DNA of 64,000 bases from Coriobacteriia bacterium (GCA_009783085.1 WRHU01000002.1:10019-74018); one strand, 5' to 3'. Counted from the first letter of the stretch, positions 18,934-28,564 are shown. Translations and numbers: made by a program. Notes: generated by a model not told the origin, from the letters alone.

Positions 18934-19668
18934 CTAGGCTAGGAAGCGCCGTTCTATTTTTGGATAGAGCGCAACAAACAGCATAAGCAGTGCGAGCGAA
19001 AGACAAAAGCCCGCAAGTACGTCGCTTGCGTAGTGTACACCAAGATAAACTCGGCTTGTTCCAATGAGAAGTATGAGAACACTTAGGGTTGCCGTGGCAA
19101 TGATTTTAATAGTTTTTGTAGGTGTTTTGCAAAAGCGAGCTCTGTCTTTGCTCGTTTGGTGTGTTTTGTGAGCTACGCGCCAAACAAGGTAAATCAGTAG
19201 CCCGTAAAATGCCATCGAGGCCATTGCATGACCGCTCGGAAAACTATAGCCTGCTTCTTGTATAAGCGTTAGTATTTGCGGACGTGGCCGGGCAAAAACC
19301 TCTTTGAGTGCCAAATTTATGAGTGAAACCACTGCCAAATTTGTAAGCAGCAATACCACAAGTTCTTTTTTCTTAAAAACAACCAGGGGAACCGCTATCG
19401 CAAGTAGAAGGAGAACGATAAAGCCTCCCAAATTAGTTACTATCATAAAAAACCAGGTTAGAGCAGGACTCATAATGACGCTTAAGGCATCATAAATGCT
19501 ACTGTCAAAGGTGCTTGTTTTGTTGTTCGCCATACACCATGCAAGCACAATAAAAGCAGCCATAAAGACTGCGCACAAAAAGTAGAGCTGATGTTTTTTG
19601 AGAAAAGTACCGAGGTGCTTCATGCGTGCTGCCTGTATCATGCTACTCATTTCAAAAAAAACAGACAA
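18934..19668 (-). CDS. PAP2-family phosphatase (undecaprenyl-diphosphatase-like)
   Basis: PAP2 motifs KEVFARPRP, SFPSGHA and SRVYLGVHYASDV. The exact start is ambiguous because several N-terminal Met codons are available. Confidence 0.8.
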   Translation of the reverse strand: MSVFFEMSSMIQAARMKHLGTFLKKHQLYFLCAVFMAAFIVLAWCMANNKTSTFDSSIYDALSVIMSPALTWFFMIVTNLGGFIVLLLLAIAVPLVVFKKKELVVLLLTNLAVVSLINLALKEVFARPRPQILTLIQEAGYSFPSGHAMASMAFYGLLIYLVWRVAHKTHQTSKDRARFCKTPTKTIKIIATATLSVLILLIGTSRVYLGVHYASDVLAGFCLSLALLMLFVALYPKIERRFLA

Positions 19669-19697
19669 TCCCGCAGGATTGCCTGAAAGCTTACTGT

Positions 19698-19773
19698 TGG
19701 TGGAGCCTAGGGGGATCGAACCCCTGACCTCAGGCTTGCAAAGCCCGCGCTCTCCCAGCTGAGCTAAGGCCCC
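19698..19773 (-). tRNA. tRNA-Ala (anticodon TGC)
   Basis: The reverse complement GGGGCCTTAGCTCAGCTGGGAGAGCGCGGGCTTTGCAAGCCTGAGGTCAGGGGTTCGATCCCCCTAGGCTCCACCA folds as a cloverleaf. CCA is encoded. Confidence 0.93.
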
Positions 19774-19879
19774 ACATGCTGGAACGTACGTTACTTACCA
19801 CTTGCAACAGAAGAATTATACCTGTTTTTGCGACTCGGTTGGTCGTGAGTTAGTTGCTCACTTAACCGCTTTGCAAATA

Positions 19880-19921
19880 TTAATAAACGCCCTGGCGGCT
19901 ACTCGGCTCACGCCAGGGCGT
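19880..19921 (-). terminator. Hairpin terminator downstream of tRNA-Ile
   Basis: ACGCCCTGGCG (19887-19897) pairs with CGCCAGGGCGT (19911-19921). A T-rich run follows on the minus strand. Confidence 0.5.
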
Positions 19922-19979
19922 CTATTGCAAAATAAACGGCTTCGAAGCCCTGTTGGCACATCATTTTTCAACCTGCAAA

Positions 19980-20056
19980 TGGTGGGCCCAACTGGATTCG
20001 AACCAGTGACCTCACGGTTATCAGCCGTGCGCTCTAGCCAACTGAGCTATGGGCCC
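19980..20056 (-). tRNA. tRNA-Ile (anticodon GAT)
   Basis: Reverse complement GGGCCCATAGCTCAGTTGGCTAGAGCGCACGGCTGATAACCGTGAGGTCACTGGTTCGAATCCAGTTGGGCCCACCA. Confidence 0.93.
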
Positions 20057-20288
20057 CTAAAAAAGTGCTTGAACACCTTATAACAACGGAGCTCATTGGT
20101 CAAGGTGCATAGTACAGCTTTTTTTCAAAAATAGCAACAAAAACAAGCAATTTTGCAAAGGTTTGCGCAAAATAACCAAAAATTGGCTCAAAAACGGACA
20201 AAATGCGTCGCTGAACGGCTCTTTGCGCTGCCAAACTCCCCCTTGCTTGCTAGGCAGACTGTTTGTATCGCCGAGCGGCTCCTTTTAT

Positions 20289-21035
20289 CTATTTCGAGCT
20301 TTTGTTCCGTAAGTCGCGGGAGGCAGCTGATTCGTTTTTGTTCCGTAAGTCGCGGGAGGCAGCTGATGCGTCATTGATCCGCGGCTCTCGAAAACTCGCA
20401 TTGCTCTGCGACTCTCGCATCGCAAGGTTTCCCAAAACATTCATTGCGTCACTTTTTACGCCGTCAAGAGAACGCAGCGCTCTCTTGTCGTCATATTTGA
20501 AGTTCTCCGTAAAGGCCACCTGATAGTCCAAGTTACGCCGACGAGCCCCGGCAAAGGGTACAAAAACGCTGAGCGCCAGCTCGGGCCTGATGCCAAACAC
20601 CCGATAGTATTTGTAGTACCAATAGACGTTGTACACCAGACAGCACAGGGCGTAGACAGCCGCCAGCCCAATGCCAAAAATCAGCCCCTCTGCGCCCGAA
20701 ACCGTCCATGCAAGCCAAATAACAAAGGCGCACAGCAGCCACCAGCCTTCGAAAAAGAACATTTTCCACCAGTCCTCTTTGACAATGTCGAGTCGATACA
20801 GCGACCTCATAAACGGCACAAATGGCATCCAGTTCAACGTAGCACCAAGTCCGGCCTTGCGTCCAATGCACAGCCACTTAAAGGCGGTAAATGCCCAGTA
20901 AGCGAGAATGGCGAGGGCTACAATAATCACCACAACCGCCAGAAAGGTCTTGAAAAAACCTATTATCTCGTTGAACTTGTCTTGCGCCATGCCGATAATG
21001 CTATTTCTGACTAGGTCGTCCAGTGTTTCTCCCAT
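20289..21035 (-). CDS. Hypothetical polytopic membrane protein
   Basis: ATG at 21035 is preceded by GGAGGGAGAA. Several W/F-rich TM segments. The C-terminus contains a 33-nt tandem duplication (ESAASRDLRNK x2). Confidence 0.55.
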   Translation of the reverse strand: MGETLDDLVRNSIIGMAQDKFNEIIGFFKTFLAVVVIIVALAILAYWAFTAFKWLCIGRKAGLGATLNWMPFVPFMRSLYRLDIVKEDWWKMFFFEGWWLLCAFVIWLAWTVSGAEGLIFGIGLAAVYALCCLVYNVYWYYKYYRVFGIRPELALSVFVPFAGARRRNLDYQVAFTENFKYDDKRALRSLDGVKSDAMNVLGNLAMRESQSNASFREPRINDASAASRDLRNKNESAASRDLRNKSSK

Positions 21036-21206
21036 GGTTCTCCCTCCGTCGGTTATTCTCACCACGTCCCTCATCATTTTGGCTATTTTACAAGAAATAG
21101 TAAAAAATAGATGGAAAAACCTCGGAAAACACCGTACAATGAGAGCTTCCCTATCAAATGATTGCAAGGTTGTCGCTCGGATGAGGATAGCCGTTGCGCC
21201 AGCTAA

Positions 21207-21258
21207 CTACCAAGAGCAGCTACCAAGAGCAACTATCAAGAACAACTATTAAGAAACG
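21207..21258. repeat. Four tandem 13-mers immediately upstream of the typA start
   Basis: CTACCAAGAGCAG / CTACCAAGAGCAA / CTATCAAGAACAA / CTATTAAGAAACG, diverging progressively toward the gene. Confidence 0.9.
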
Positions 21259-21271
21259 AGATTACAGACTC

Positions 21272-23080
21272 ATGCAGCAAAATACTATTCGCAATATCGC
21301 TATCATCGCGCACGTTGACCACGGCAAAACCACGTTGGTGGATCGCCTGCTGTTTACCGCTGGTGTGTTTCGTGAAAACCAAAATGTTGACGAGCGAGTG
21401 CTAGACTCCAATGATCAAGAGCGTGAGCGTGGCATTACTATTCTTGCCAAAAACATTTCCATTCGTTATCAGGACATCAAGATTAACGTTATTGACACAC
21501 CGGGGCACGCCGATTTTGGCGGCGAAGTTGAGCGTGTCTTAAAAATGGCTGACGGTGCGCTGCTTATTGTTGATGCCTTTGAGGGCCCTATGCCGCAGAC
21601 TCGTTTTGTACTCAAGCACGCCTTGAACCTTGGGCTTAAGCCTATTGTTGTCATCAACAAAATTGACCGCCCGGGTTCTCGTCCGCATGAGGCAGTTGAT
21701 GCGGTCTTTGACCTCATGGTTGAGCTCGGTGCTACCGATGAGCAGCTTGACTTCCCCACCGTATATACCTCGGCGCACCTTGGCTACGCACGCTATGAGC
21801 CCGAGGACAACAACGAGGACATGGTTCCGCTGCTTGACACCATTATTAAGCACGTTCCCGCACCCGACTGCGACGCAAGCGGACCCGTGGCGCTGCAAAT
21901 CTGCACCATTGACCATTCAAGCTACGTGGGACGCATTGGCGTGGGCAGGCTTTTCTCCGGCACGCTGCACCAAGGCGAGCAAATACTCGTCATCAAAAAC
22001 ACGGGCGCGCGCTACAACGCAAGCATCAAGCAGCTTTTTACCTTTGAGGCGCTGGGGCGCGAGGAGCAACGTGGGGCCACCGCAGGCGACATTGTTGCGG
22101 TTGTGGGCATTGACGATGCCGACATTGGCGACATGATAACCTGCCGTGAGCAGCCCATTCACCTTGACCCTATTAAGGTTGAGGAGCCCACCATGGCGGT
22201 TGTTATTGCTGCGTCTACGAGCCCGTTGGTGGGAAAAGAGGGCGATATTGTAGGCGGAAGGCAGCTCAATGAGCGCCTTATGCGTGAGGCAGAATCCAAT
22301 ATTTCCATGCGGATAACCCCACTTGATGACGGCGGTGTTGAGGTTGCCGGGCGTGGCGTTTTGCACCTGAGCGTGCTTATGGAAACCATGCGACGTGAGG
22401 GCTTTGAGTTTCAAGTTGGCAGGCCTCGGGTGCTGTTCAAAAAAGATGAGGCGGGCAACAAAACCGAGCCCATTGAAGAGGCAACGGTTGATGTGCCAAG
22501 CGAATACGCTGGCAAGGTCATTGAGGTTTTTGGCAGCGTAGGCGGCGAGATGGTGGACATGATTCAGCGTGACGAGCACACCCATCTTGCGTTTCGCATT
22601 CCCACCCGAGGCACTATGGGGTTGCGAACCCGCATTCTCAACGTCACACGGGGCGAGGCTATTTTGTTCCATCGTTTTTATGAATATGGTGCATACCGGG
22701 GCGAGCTTTCGGGGCGCAAATGCGGCTCTATGATTGCCATGACCGATGAAAAAAGTGTTGCCTATGCGCTTGACAGTTTGCAGCAGCGTGGCTCTTTGTT
22801 TGTTGGGCCAGGCGTGGATTGCTACGAGGGCATGATTGTGGGCGAAAGTGCCAAGGAGGGCGACATGGTGGTCAACGTGGCAAAGGCAAAGCAGCTCACC
22901 AATATGCGCTCTTCATCTGCGGATAAGGGCATTCAGCTTACGCCTCCGGTGACCTTTACGCTTGAGGAAGCCCTTGAATATATCGAGGACGACGAGCTGG
23001 TGGAGATTACCCCGCAGAGCATTCGCCTGCGCAAACGTATTCTCTCTGCCATCGAGCGCAAAAAGACTAGTAGGAAATAG
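21272..23080 (+). CDS. typA: Translational GTPase TypA/BipA
   Basis: [33 protein letters not shown] and NKIDR GTPase motifs, with the BipA C-terminal region. ATG at 21272. Confidence 0.93.
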   Translation: MQQNTIRNIAIIAHVDHGKTTLVDRLLFTAGVFRENQNVDERVLDSNDQERERGITILAKNISIRYQDIKINVIDTPGHADFGGEVERVLKMADGALLIVDAFEGPMPQTRFVLKHALNLGLKPIVVINKIDRPGSRPHEAVDAVFDLMVELGATDEQLDFPTVYTSAHLGYARYEPEDNNEDMVPLLDTIIKHVPAPDCDASGPVALQICTIDHSSYVGRIGVGRLFSGTLHQGEQILVIKNTGARYNASIKQLFTFEALGREEQRGATAGDIVAVVGIDDADIGDMITCREQPIHLDPIKVEEPTMAVVIAASTSPLVGKEGDIVGGRQLNERLMREAESNISMRITPLDDGGVEVAGRGVLHLSVLMETMRREGFEFQVGRPRVLFKKDEAGNKTEPIEEATVDVPSEYAGKVIEVFGSVGGEMVDMIQRDEHTHLAFRIPTRGTMGLRTRILNVTRGEAILFHRFYEYGAYRGELSGRKCGSMIAMTDEKSVAYALDSLQQRGSLFVGPGVDCYEGMIVGESAKEGDMVVNVAKAKQLTNMRSSSADKGIQLTPPVTFTLEEALEYIEDDELVEITPQSIRLRKRILSAIERKKTSRK

Positions 23081-23165
23081 GCAACGACGCAATTTCTGTG
23101 CTGCAATAAGCGTGCGATGTTCGTCATTAAGGTTTTGGGACCTGACGGGTTCGCCAAGAATTGTT

Positions 23166-23191
23166 GAAGCGCCTACTTGCGTGGGCGCTTC
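23166..23191. terminator. Hairpin between convergent typA and the racemase gene
   Basis: GAAGCGCC (23166-23173) pairs with GGCGCTTC (23184-23191). Confidence 0.45.
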
Positions 23192-23217
23192 GTGCTATTC
23201 CGGCTCACACGCCAGAA

Positions 23218-23910
23218 CTACAACAAAATCTTCCGCACCAAGGCCTCAATGTGAAGCCGTGTTGTGTTGAGAAGCACGGTGTCCAAATCGCCCTCTTGTA
23301 TCATGAGCGGTAACTCGGTGCAACCAAGAACAAGCGCATCGGCTTGATGTTCATGGAGCAAACAATTAGCAAGTTCGAGCATTTTTTGCTTATCCTCTAA
23401 AACCACAATGCCATTTTCAAGATGCGGAAAAATGAAACTATGGATAAGCTCCTGCTCTTTTTCTGAAGGCACAACGGCAGTAATTCCGTATTTTTCAAAG
23501 GCCTTGGTGTATAGGCTGCTGCTCATAACAAAACGTGTGCCGAGCACCACTGCCTTTTTGCAGCCCTGCGCCTGAGCATATTTGCAGGTTGTATCCACAA
23601 TGCTTACCAGCGGCAGGTCGCAGCGTTTTTGGACTTCATCAAAAACAATATGTGGCGTGTTGGAGGCCATGGCAGCAAACTCTGCTCCGGCTGCCGCAAG
23701 GTCGCTTATTGCGTCAACCAGCAGCGCAACAACAGTGTCCCACTGTTCATTTTCCACAAGCGTAAGCATCTTGTTCATGTTGATGCTCCTGATAACAAGC
23801 TCCGGATAGTCGCCCGTGCCTAATTGCATGTGCACGGCGCTGACGATGTCACGATAGTAATCCAAGGTTGAAGCAGGTCCAATTCCGCCGATAATACCAA
23901 GTTTTTTCAT
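23218..23910 (-). CDS. Aspartate/glutamate racemase-family protein
   Basis: MKKLGIIGGIGPASTLDYY start and the LGCTELPLM motif. ATG at 23910 follows AAAGGA. Confidence 0.8.
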   Translation of the reverse strand: MKKLGIIGGIGPASTLDYYRDIVSAVHMQLGTGDYPELVIRSINMNKMLTLVENEQWDTVVALLVDAISDLAAAGAEFAAMASNTPHIVFDEVQKRCDLPLVSIVDTTCKYAQAQGCKKAVVLGTRFVMSSSLYTKAFEKYGITAVVPSEKEQELIHSFIFPHLENGIVVLEDKQKMLELANCLLHEHQADALVLGCTELPLMIQEGDLDTVLLNTTRLHIEALVRKILL

Positions 23911-24175
23911 GAGAAATCCTTTGCTGTAGGTTGCTGCAGAAACTTTTGCGGCAAGCATTATGTGCTACCTCATATACTAACAGACCAAGCTCAGCAGTTC
24001 TGAGATGCTAACAGCGCAGATTGGTTGTTCCGAAGCAGCACAGGCTAGTTGTTCTTGAGCAGCGCAGTCTAGCCATTCTAAAGCAGCACAGGCTAGTTGT
24101 TCTGAGCATGAAACGCTCATAAAGCCCAATACAACGACCATCACAAAAAAATTAACGATTATCATTAAAAAATAG

Positions 24176-24204
24176 TTGACAGTCGTTCAAAAAGGGTCTA
24201 TGAT
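24176..24204 (+). promoter_or_regulatory. Sigma-70-like promoter of the DUF2975/HTH operon
   Basis: TTGACA (24176-24181), 17-nt spacer, TATGAT (24199-24204). Confidence 0.5.
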
Positions 24205-24214
24205 GGTTTCCATG

Positions 24215-24250
24215 ACAGGTTCCACAACAGGTTCCATAACAGGTTCTTTG
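24215..24250 (+). repeat. Three tandem 12-mers in the operon leader (candidate operator)
   Basis: ACAGGTTCCACA / ACAGGTTCCATA / ACAGGTTCTTTG, followed by the hairpin CTTTGCGA...TCGCAAAG. Confidence 0.8.
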
Positions 24251-24313
24251 CGAAAACCGGTATCGCAAAGTTGCTGCAAAAAGTGTCAAGAAAAGCAAGG
24301 GAAAGGACTTACC

Positions 24314-24853
24314 ATGGACACTCGGATTTCGGAAAACCTTGCACGCTCAAGCCGTGTGCTTGACATCATAGGCAAGGTACTCGCCATCATTTGTATCGTA
24401 AGTGCGGTGTTTACACTGTTTGGCGCAATCGCAATTCTCGCCATTCCAAACGACCTCATCATCAATCTGCTCAATCAAATACCCATTACACCCGTCACTT
24501 CAGACGTCATCAGCATTCCCGCAGGCACCGTTCTCGGCGACTACATCACCCTTTCTACTGGGTCGGCTCTTAAGGTCGCACTTATTGTTGCTGCGGGCGC
24601 ACTTTGCGTATATTGCCTACTCAGTGCTGGTCTTCTCTTTGTTGTGAGCGGCGTTTTCAAGGCCACCGCTGTAAACAAAACCCCGTTTGTTGCCGAGAAT
24701 GTCAAGCGTCTCAAAATCATCGGTATCATCATGATTGTAGCTTCGCTTGTACTCGGTTTAACCAACCTCGTTTTCGCATTCTGCGTATTTGCGCTTGCTT
24801 ACGTGGTGCAATACGGCGTTGAGCTGCAGCAACAAGCTGACGAAACACTCTAG
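24314..24853 (+). CDS. DUF2975-like membrane protein
   Basis: Four TM segments, in the canonical pairing with a downstream YozG-like HTH gene. ATG at 24314 follows AAGGGAAAGGA. Confidence 0.6.
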   Translation: MDTRISENLARSSRVLDIIGKVLAIICIVSAVFTLFGAIAILAIPNDLIINLLNQIPITPVTSDVISIPAGTVLGDYITLSTGSALKVALIVAAGALCVYCLLSAGLLFVVSGVFKATAVNKTPFVAENVKRLKIIGIIMIVASLVLGLTNLVFAFCVFALAYVVQYGVELQQQADETL

Positions 24854-24864
24854 GGCGGTGTATT

Positions 24865-25152
24865 ATGGCTATTATTATGCGGCTTGACCGCGTTATGGCA
24901 GATCGCAAAATATCGCTCAATGAGCTTTCGGAGCGCGTGGGTGTGGCAAATGTCAATCTTTCAAAGATGAAAACGGGCAAAATTAGCGCCATTCGCTTTA
25001 CCACGCTCGATGCCATTTGCGACGTACTTGACTGCCAGCCGGGCGATATTCTTGAACATGAACGACAGACTGTTCTTGCAGACAAGCTCGAAGCTCGTGC
25101 AGAAAAAGTTGCGGAGAAAACAGAGGACGTTTCTCCCCCCAGCTCCTCCTAA
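24865..25152 (+). CDS. YozG-like XRE/Cro-type HTH transcriptional regulator
   Basis: IIMRLDRVMADRKISLNELSERVGVANVNLSKMKTGKISAIRFTTLDAICDVLDCQPGDIL matches the YozG-family pattern. Confidence 0.8.
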   Translation: MAIIMRLDRVMADRKISLNELSERVGVANVNLSKMKTGKISAIRFTTLDAICDVLDCQPGDILEHERQTVLADKLEARAEKVAEKTEDVSPPSSS

Positions 25153-25182
25153 GGCTCCGTAACAACTCTCTTGAGGTTTTAA

Positions 25183-25216
25183 GCACCGGGGCAAACGTAT
25201 ACGTTTGCCCCGGTGC
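25183..25216 (+). terminator. Intrinsic terminator after the HTH gene
   Basis: Perfect palindrome GCACCGGGGCAAACGTATACGTTTGCCCCGGTGC followed by TTTG. Confidence 0.7.
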
Positions 25217-25341
25217 TTTGCCGTTTATCCACATTTCGTCGTTTATCCGCGCTTCGCCGTTTGCCGGCGCCTTCCTTGAACCCTGCGCCGAGGTCTGCTA
25301 CCGTTAGAGCCTGCAATAAACCCTATCAAGGAGGACAAACT

Positions 25342-25632
25342 ATGGTTGTTGTATTGGCTCACATTGAAGTAAAAGAAGGTGCGGTGCCCGGTCTTATCGA
25401 GGCTGCCGACAAATGCGCTGAACTTACCCGCCAAGAGGCAGGCTGCATTTTCTACACGCTGTACGCAAGCACCGAAGACCCACAGAACTTTGTATTTGTT
25501 GAGGAGTGGGAGTCAAAAGAACTTTTGGATGCACACCTAGCCTCTGAGCATTTGAATGCCTTTGTGGCAGAAATCGAAAACCTGCTGGCAAGCCCTCTTG
25601 ACATAAAAATCTACGAGGCAAATCAGGTTTAG
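25342..25632 (+). CDS. ABM-domain (antibiotic biosynthesis monooxygenase-like) protein
   Basis: 96 aa: MVVVLAHIEVKEG...CIFYTLY...FVFVEEWESKELLDAHLASEH. ATG at 25342 follows AAGGAGGA. Confidence 0.8.
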   Translation: MVVVLAHIEVKEGAVPGLIEAADKCAELTRQEAGCIFYTLYASTEDPQNFVFVEEWESKELLDAHLASEHLNAFVAEIENLLASPLDIKIYEANQV

Positions 25633-25722
25633 ACTTGGCTAGCTGGACTTAGGGTTCAAATCCCCCTCCACTTTTCATGCGTCTTCTTTTCTGGGGTGTT
25701 TTATGAACCTTCAAGATTACCG

Positions 25723-25817
25723 TGGCGGAGAGAGGGGGATTTGAACCCCCGAGCCCGGGGTTGCCGGACCAACGGTTTTCGAGACCGCCGCATTCAGCCG
25801 CTCTGCCATCTCTCCGC
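25723..25817 (-). tRNA. tRNA-Ser (anticodon CGA), long variable arm
   Basis: The reverse complement starts GCGGAGAGATGGCAGAGCGG and ends GGGGGTTCAAATCCCCCTCTCTCCGCCA, with the anticodon loop CTCGAAA. 7-bp acceptor stem. CCA is encoded. Confidence 0.9.
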
Positions 25818-25978
25818 ACGAAGTGATTATTGTACCACCAATGAAAGCTCCATGGCTCAAATCCAATTATTCTGTGACTAAAAACAAGTACGACCTATAA
25901 GCAAAATGTTGGCTTGCGTTGTACAGCACGTTATACTGGAAATAATTAGTAGCACATTTATACAGAAGGCGGGAAATT

Positions 25979-26746
25979 GTGATATACAAAAAACTCTTGT
26001 CGGTGATAGCTCTGGCACTGATGCTAACGCTGTGCCTTATGGTAACTGCGTGCAAAAACGGCAGCGATATTGCACCTGTGCAGGAGGAGGAAAGCCCTGT
26101 GCCTGAAACAGCACAGGGCAACGAGGACACAACAACGCCTCAAGCTGAGAAAGAAATCAACTATCTAGAACTATATGACGAGGTGCTAACGGAATGGAAA
26201 GCATCCTTGCAGCGCCACATTAACGATGAATACAGGGAAAACGAAAGTTTTGATTTTGGGTTTTATGGCGGCTATGCAGAATCACCCAAAACATATTATG
26301 CGCTCTATGACATTGATGGCAATGGAACTAAAGAGCTTTTATTAAAAAAGCAAAGTGACTACGAAGATATTATTGCCTATATATTTGTCATTACAGATGG
26401 TAAGCCAATCAATTTATTTGGCTATGATGACTATGGTGTTCCAAAAGAAGTTCCATGGAGCAGAGTAGGCTCGTGCAAGATTTTAGCTAACGGGTTGATA
26501 GATTGTCGTTCTGGCAATTACACAATATATAAGATTGCCGCAGATGGCTATTCCGTTATTAGACTTGCTTCAAGCAGTCCCTATGATTATCCCGACGAGG
26601 CATCTAAAGCGATGGCAAAGTGGAAATACTATGTTAACGAAAATGAAGTGGACTCTGATTATTATGTTCAATTTCTGAGTGAACAAGGATATCTGCTAGA
26701 TGAAAATAATGCTTTGGCAGATATTGAGTGGATAGCCATAGACTAA
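25979..26746 (+). CDS. Hypothetical lipoprotein (AT-rich gene)
   Basis: GTG start. Signal peptide plus lipobox (LMVTAC). No family recognised. Visibly more AT-rich than the neighbouring genes. Confidence 0.6.
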   Translation: MIYKKLLSVIALALMLTLCLMVTACKNGSDIAPVQEEESPVPETAQGNEDTTTPQAEKEINYLELYDEVLTEWKASLQRHINDEYRENESFDFGFYGGYAESPKTYYALYDIDGNGTKELLLKKQSDYEDIIAYIFVITDGKPINLFGYDDYGVPKEVPWSRVGSCKILANGLIDCRSGNYTIYKIAADGYSVIRLASSSPYDYPDEASKAMAKWKYYVNENEVDSDYYVQFLSEQGYLLDENNALADIEWIAID

Positions 26747-26747
26747 T

Positions 26748-26847
26748 CTTGACCCGCAGTCTTATTGCCCGTCATTGCGAGCGCTTTTGTCATTCAGGGC
26801 TTGACCCGCAATCTTATTGTTTGTCACCCAGGGCTTGACCGCAATCC
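26748..26847. repeat. Cluster of CTTGACC(C)GCAAT-type repeat units overlapping the RHH gene 3' end
   Basis: CTTGACCCGC at 26748 and 26800, and CTTGACCGCAAT at about 26834. CCCGTCATTGCG and TTTGTCACCCAGGGCTTGA are shared with the 28888-28989 and 43004-43023 regions. Confidence 0.85.
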
Positions 26848-27023
26848 TCGCCATCATTGTCCTTAACCTCTTTTGAGCCAAGGCGCCCAGCATCCTTGAG
26901 CGCCTTTCTCAAAATAAACTCAACTTGTCCATTGACACTGCGAAGGTCGTCTGCCGCCCAGTGCTCAACCGCCTCCCATAAGGCGGAATCAACCCTAAGT
27001 GGATATTGTTTTCGCTGCGTCAT
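26814..27023 (-). CDS. Arc/CopG-like ribbon-helix-helix protein
   Basis: 69 aa. YPLRVDSALWEAVEHWAADDLRSVNGQVEFILRKAL fits the RHH strand-helix-helix pattern. Lies 51 nt downstream of the SPFH gene on the same strand. Confidence 0.6.
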   Translation of the reverse strand: MTQRKQYPLRVDSALWEAVEHWAADDLRSVNGQVEFILRKALKDAGRLGSKEVKDNDGEDCGQALGDKQ

Positions 27024-27074
27024 ACTACGTCCTACCGTTCGTATTGCCTGTGCTGCTTGCCTAAATCCAAGCGA

Positions 27075-28079
27075 CTAATTATAAAGTGTTCCCGTATTGA
27101 GTATGGGCTGAGCTCCCGTTTCGCCGCAAAGAACCACTAAGAGGTTGGATACCATGGCAGCCTTGCGCTCATCATCAAGCTCAACAACACCCTTCTCGCT
27201 CAAGTCTTTGAGAGCCATATCCACCATGGACACTGCGCCTTGCACCACTTTCTCGCGCGCAGCAATGACCGCCTCCGCCTGCTGGCGGCGCAACATTGCC
27301 TGAGCAATTTCTGGAGCATACGCAAGGTGAGTAAGCCGTGCGTCGTCAATGGCAACACCCGCTTTTTCAAGACGCTGTGCCAGTTCAATTTTCAAAGCAT
27401 CAGAAACTTCCTCGATGTTGCTTCGCAACGTAATTTCGCTACCATCAGAGCCTGGAGCATGGTCGTAGGCATAGGTGGTTGCCACATGCCTGAGCGCCGT
27501 TTCGCTTTGCGTGTGCACATAGTTGTTGTAATCGTCAACGTCAAAAATCGCCTTGGCAGTGTCGGCAACACGCCACACAATAACGTCAGAAATCTCAATG
27601 GGATTTCCCTGCTTGTCATTAACCTTGAGGCACTCGCTGTTATAGGTGCGAGCACGCAAAGATATTTTTAGTGAGCGCTGCGCTGCTTCTTGCTGGGCGA
27701 GCTTCTTAATAGCGGGGCCCTTTGACTGAGTATCAGTGTAGCTCGCAAGTGTTGCAGGGTCTTTTGAGCGAGAGTAAAACGGGTTAGCCCAATGAAATCC
27801 CTCGTCAAGCACGGTGCCCTTATACGTGCCAAACAACACAAGCACGCGCGCCTGGTTTGGCTGAAGCGTAAAAAATCCAATGCTGAGCAGAATCGCAACA
27901 ATCATGAGAATTGAACCCAGCGCAATAAGCACACCGCCTATAAGCCCGCTGCCGCTCCTTCCGCTCTCAATAAAAATACCACCTATCACCATGCCTACTG
28001 GGCTTACAACATACGAGGCAATGCAAACAAACAGCATCACCCAACCGCTTCTTGCCTTTACCACTTTTTCCTGTGTCAT
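27075..28079 (-). CDS. SPFH/Band-7 domain membrane protein
   Basis: Two N-terminal TM segments, then an SPFH core ([14 protein letters not shown]...FHWANPF...[13 protein letters not shown]...[23 protein letters not shown]). ATG at 28079 follows GGAGG. Confidence 0.85.
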   Translation of the reverse strand: MTQEKVVKARSGWVMLFVCIASYVVSPVGMVIGGIFIESGRSGSGLIGGVLIALGSILMIVAILLSIGFFTLQPNQARVLVLFGTYKGTVLDEGFHWANPFYSRSKDPATLASYTDTQSKGPAIKKLAQQEAAQRSLKISLRARTYNSECLKVNDKQGNPIEISDVIVWRVADTAKAIFDVDDYNNYVHTQSETALRHVATTYAYDHAPGSDGSEITLRSNIEEVSDALKIELAQRLEKAGVAIDDARLTHLAYAPEIAQAMLRRQQAEAVIAAREKVVQGAVSMVDMALKDLSEKGVVELDDERKAAMVSNLLVVLCGETGAQPILNTGTLYN

Positions 28080-28236
28080 CTTAAACCTCCATTCCACCTT
28101 GGCTCTTGTGCCTGTTTGCAGCCGAGCCGTTTTCTGTTTCAAAGTTTTCTGTTTCTAATCTTGCTGATTTCTTTATGATATCACTTTGAAATCAAAAGTC
28201 AAGTAATTATTCAAATTCTCTATGAAGTGCTAATGT

Positions 28237-28265
28237 TTGACAAACAATTACAAAAACACTACAAT
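28237..28265 (+). promoter_or_regulatory. Sigma-70-like promoter of dinJ-yafQ
   Basis: TTGACA (28237-28242), 17-nt spacer, TACAAT (28260-28265). Confidence 0.5.
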
Positions 28266-28297
28266 CACAATGAACTATCAATTGATGGAGGTAAATT

Positions 28298-28561
28298 ATG
28301 GCTACCATACAAGTTCGCATAGACGACAACACAAAGGCATCTGTAGACTCTCTTTTTTCAAGCCTCGGGCTTGATACGTCAACGGCAGTAAGGGTTTTTC
28401 TCATGGCGGCACTCGAAAATAATGGTTTGCCGTTCCCCGTAAAGCGCCTCACTCCAAAGGAAGACTTACTTGAAGCTATTGAGGATACGCGGCTACGTCG
28501 CAATCTAAGTGGCCCATTTAAGACTGCGGAAGCAGCGGTTGCCTCAATGCTAGAGGATTAA
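28298..28561 (+). CDS. dinJ: RelB/DinJ-family antitoxin
   Basis: MATIQVRIDDNTKASVDSLFSSLGLDTSTAVRVFLMAALENNGLPFPV matches the DinJ RHH pattern. Confidence 0.8.
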   Translation: MATIQVRIDDNTKASVDSLFSSLGLDTSTAVRVFLMAALENNGLPFPVKRLTPKEDLLEAIEDTRLRRNLSGPFKTAEAAVASMLED

Positions 28562-28564
28562 ACA

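Noticed and set aside
19698-20056. tRNA-Ile(GAT)/tRNA-Ala(TGC) pair as a sign of an rRNA operon spacer
   Set aside because: No 16S or 23S sequence flanks them. Each tRNA has its own flanking hairpin or promoter-like sequence. Stand-alone Ile/Ala tRNA genes are expected where rRNA spacers lack tRNAs.
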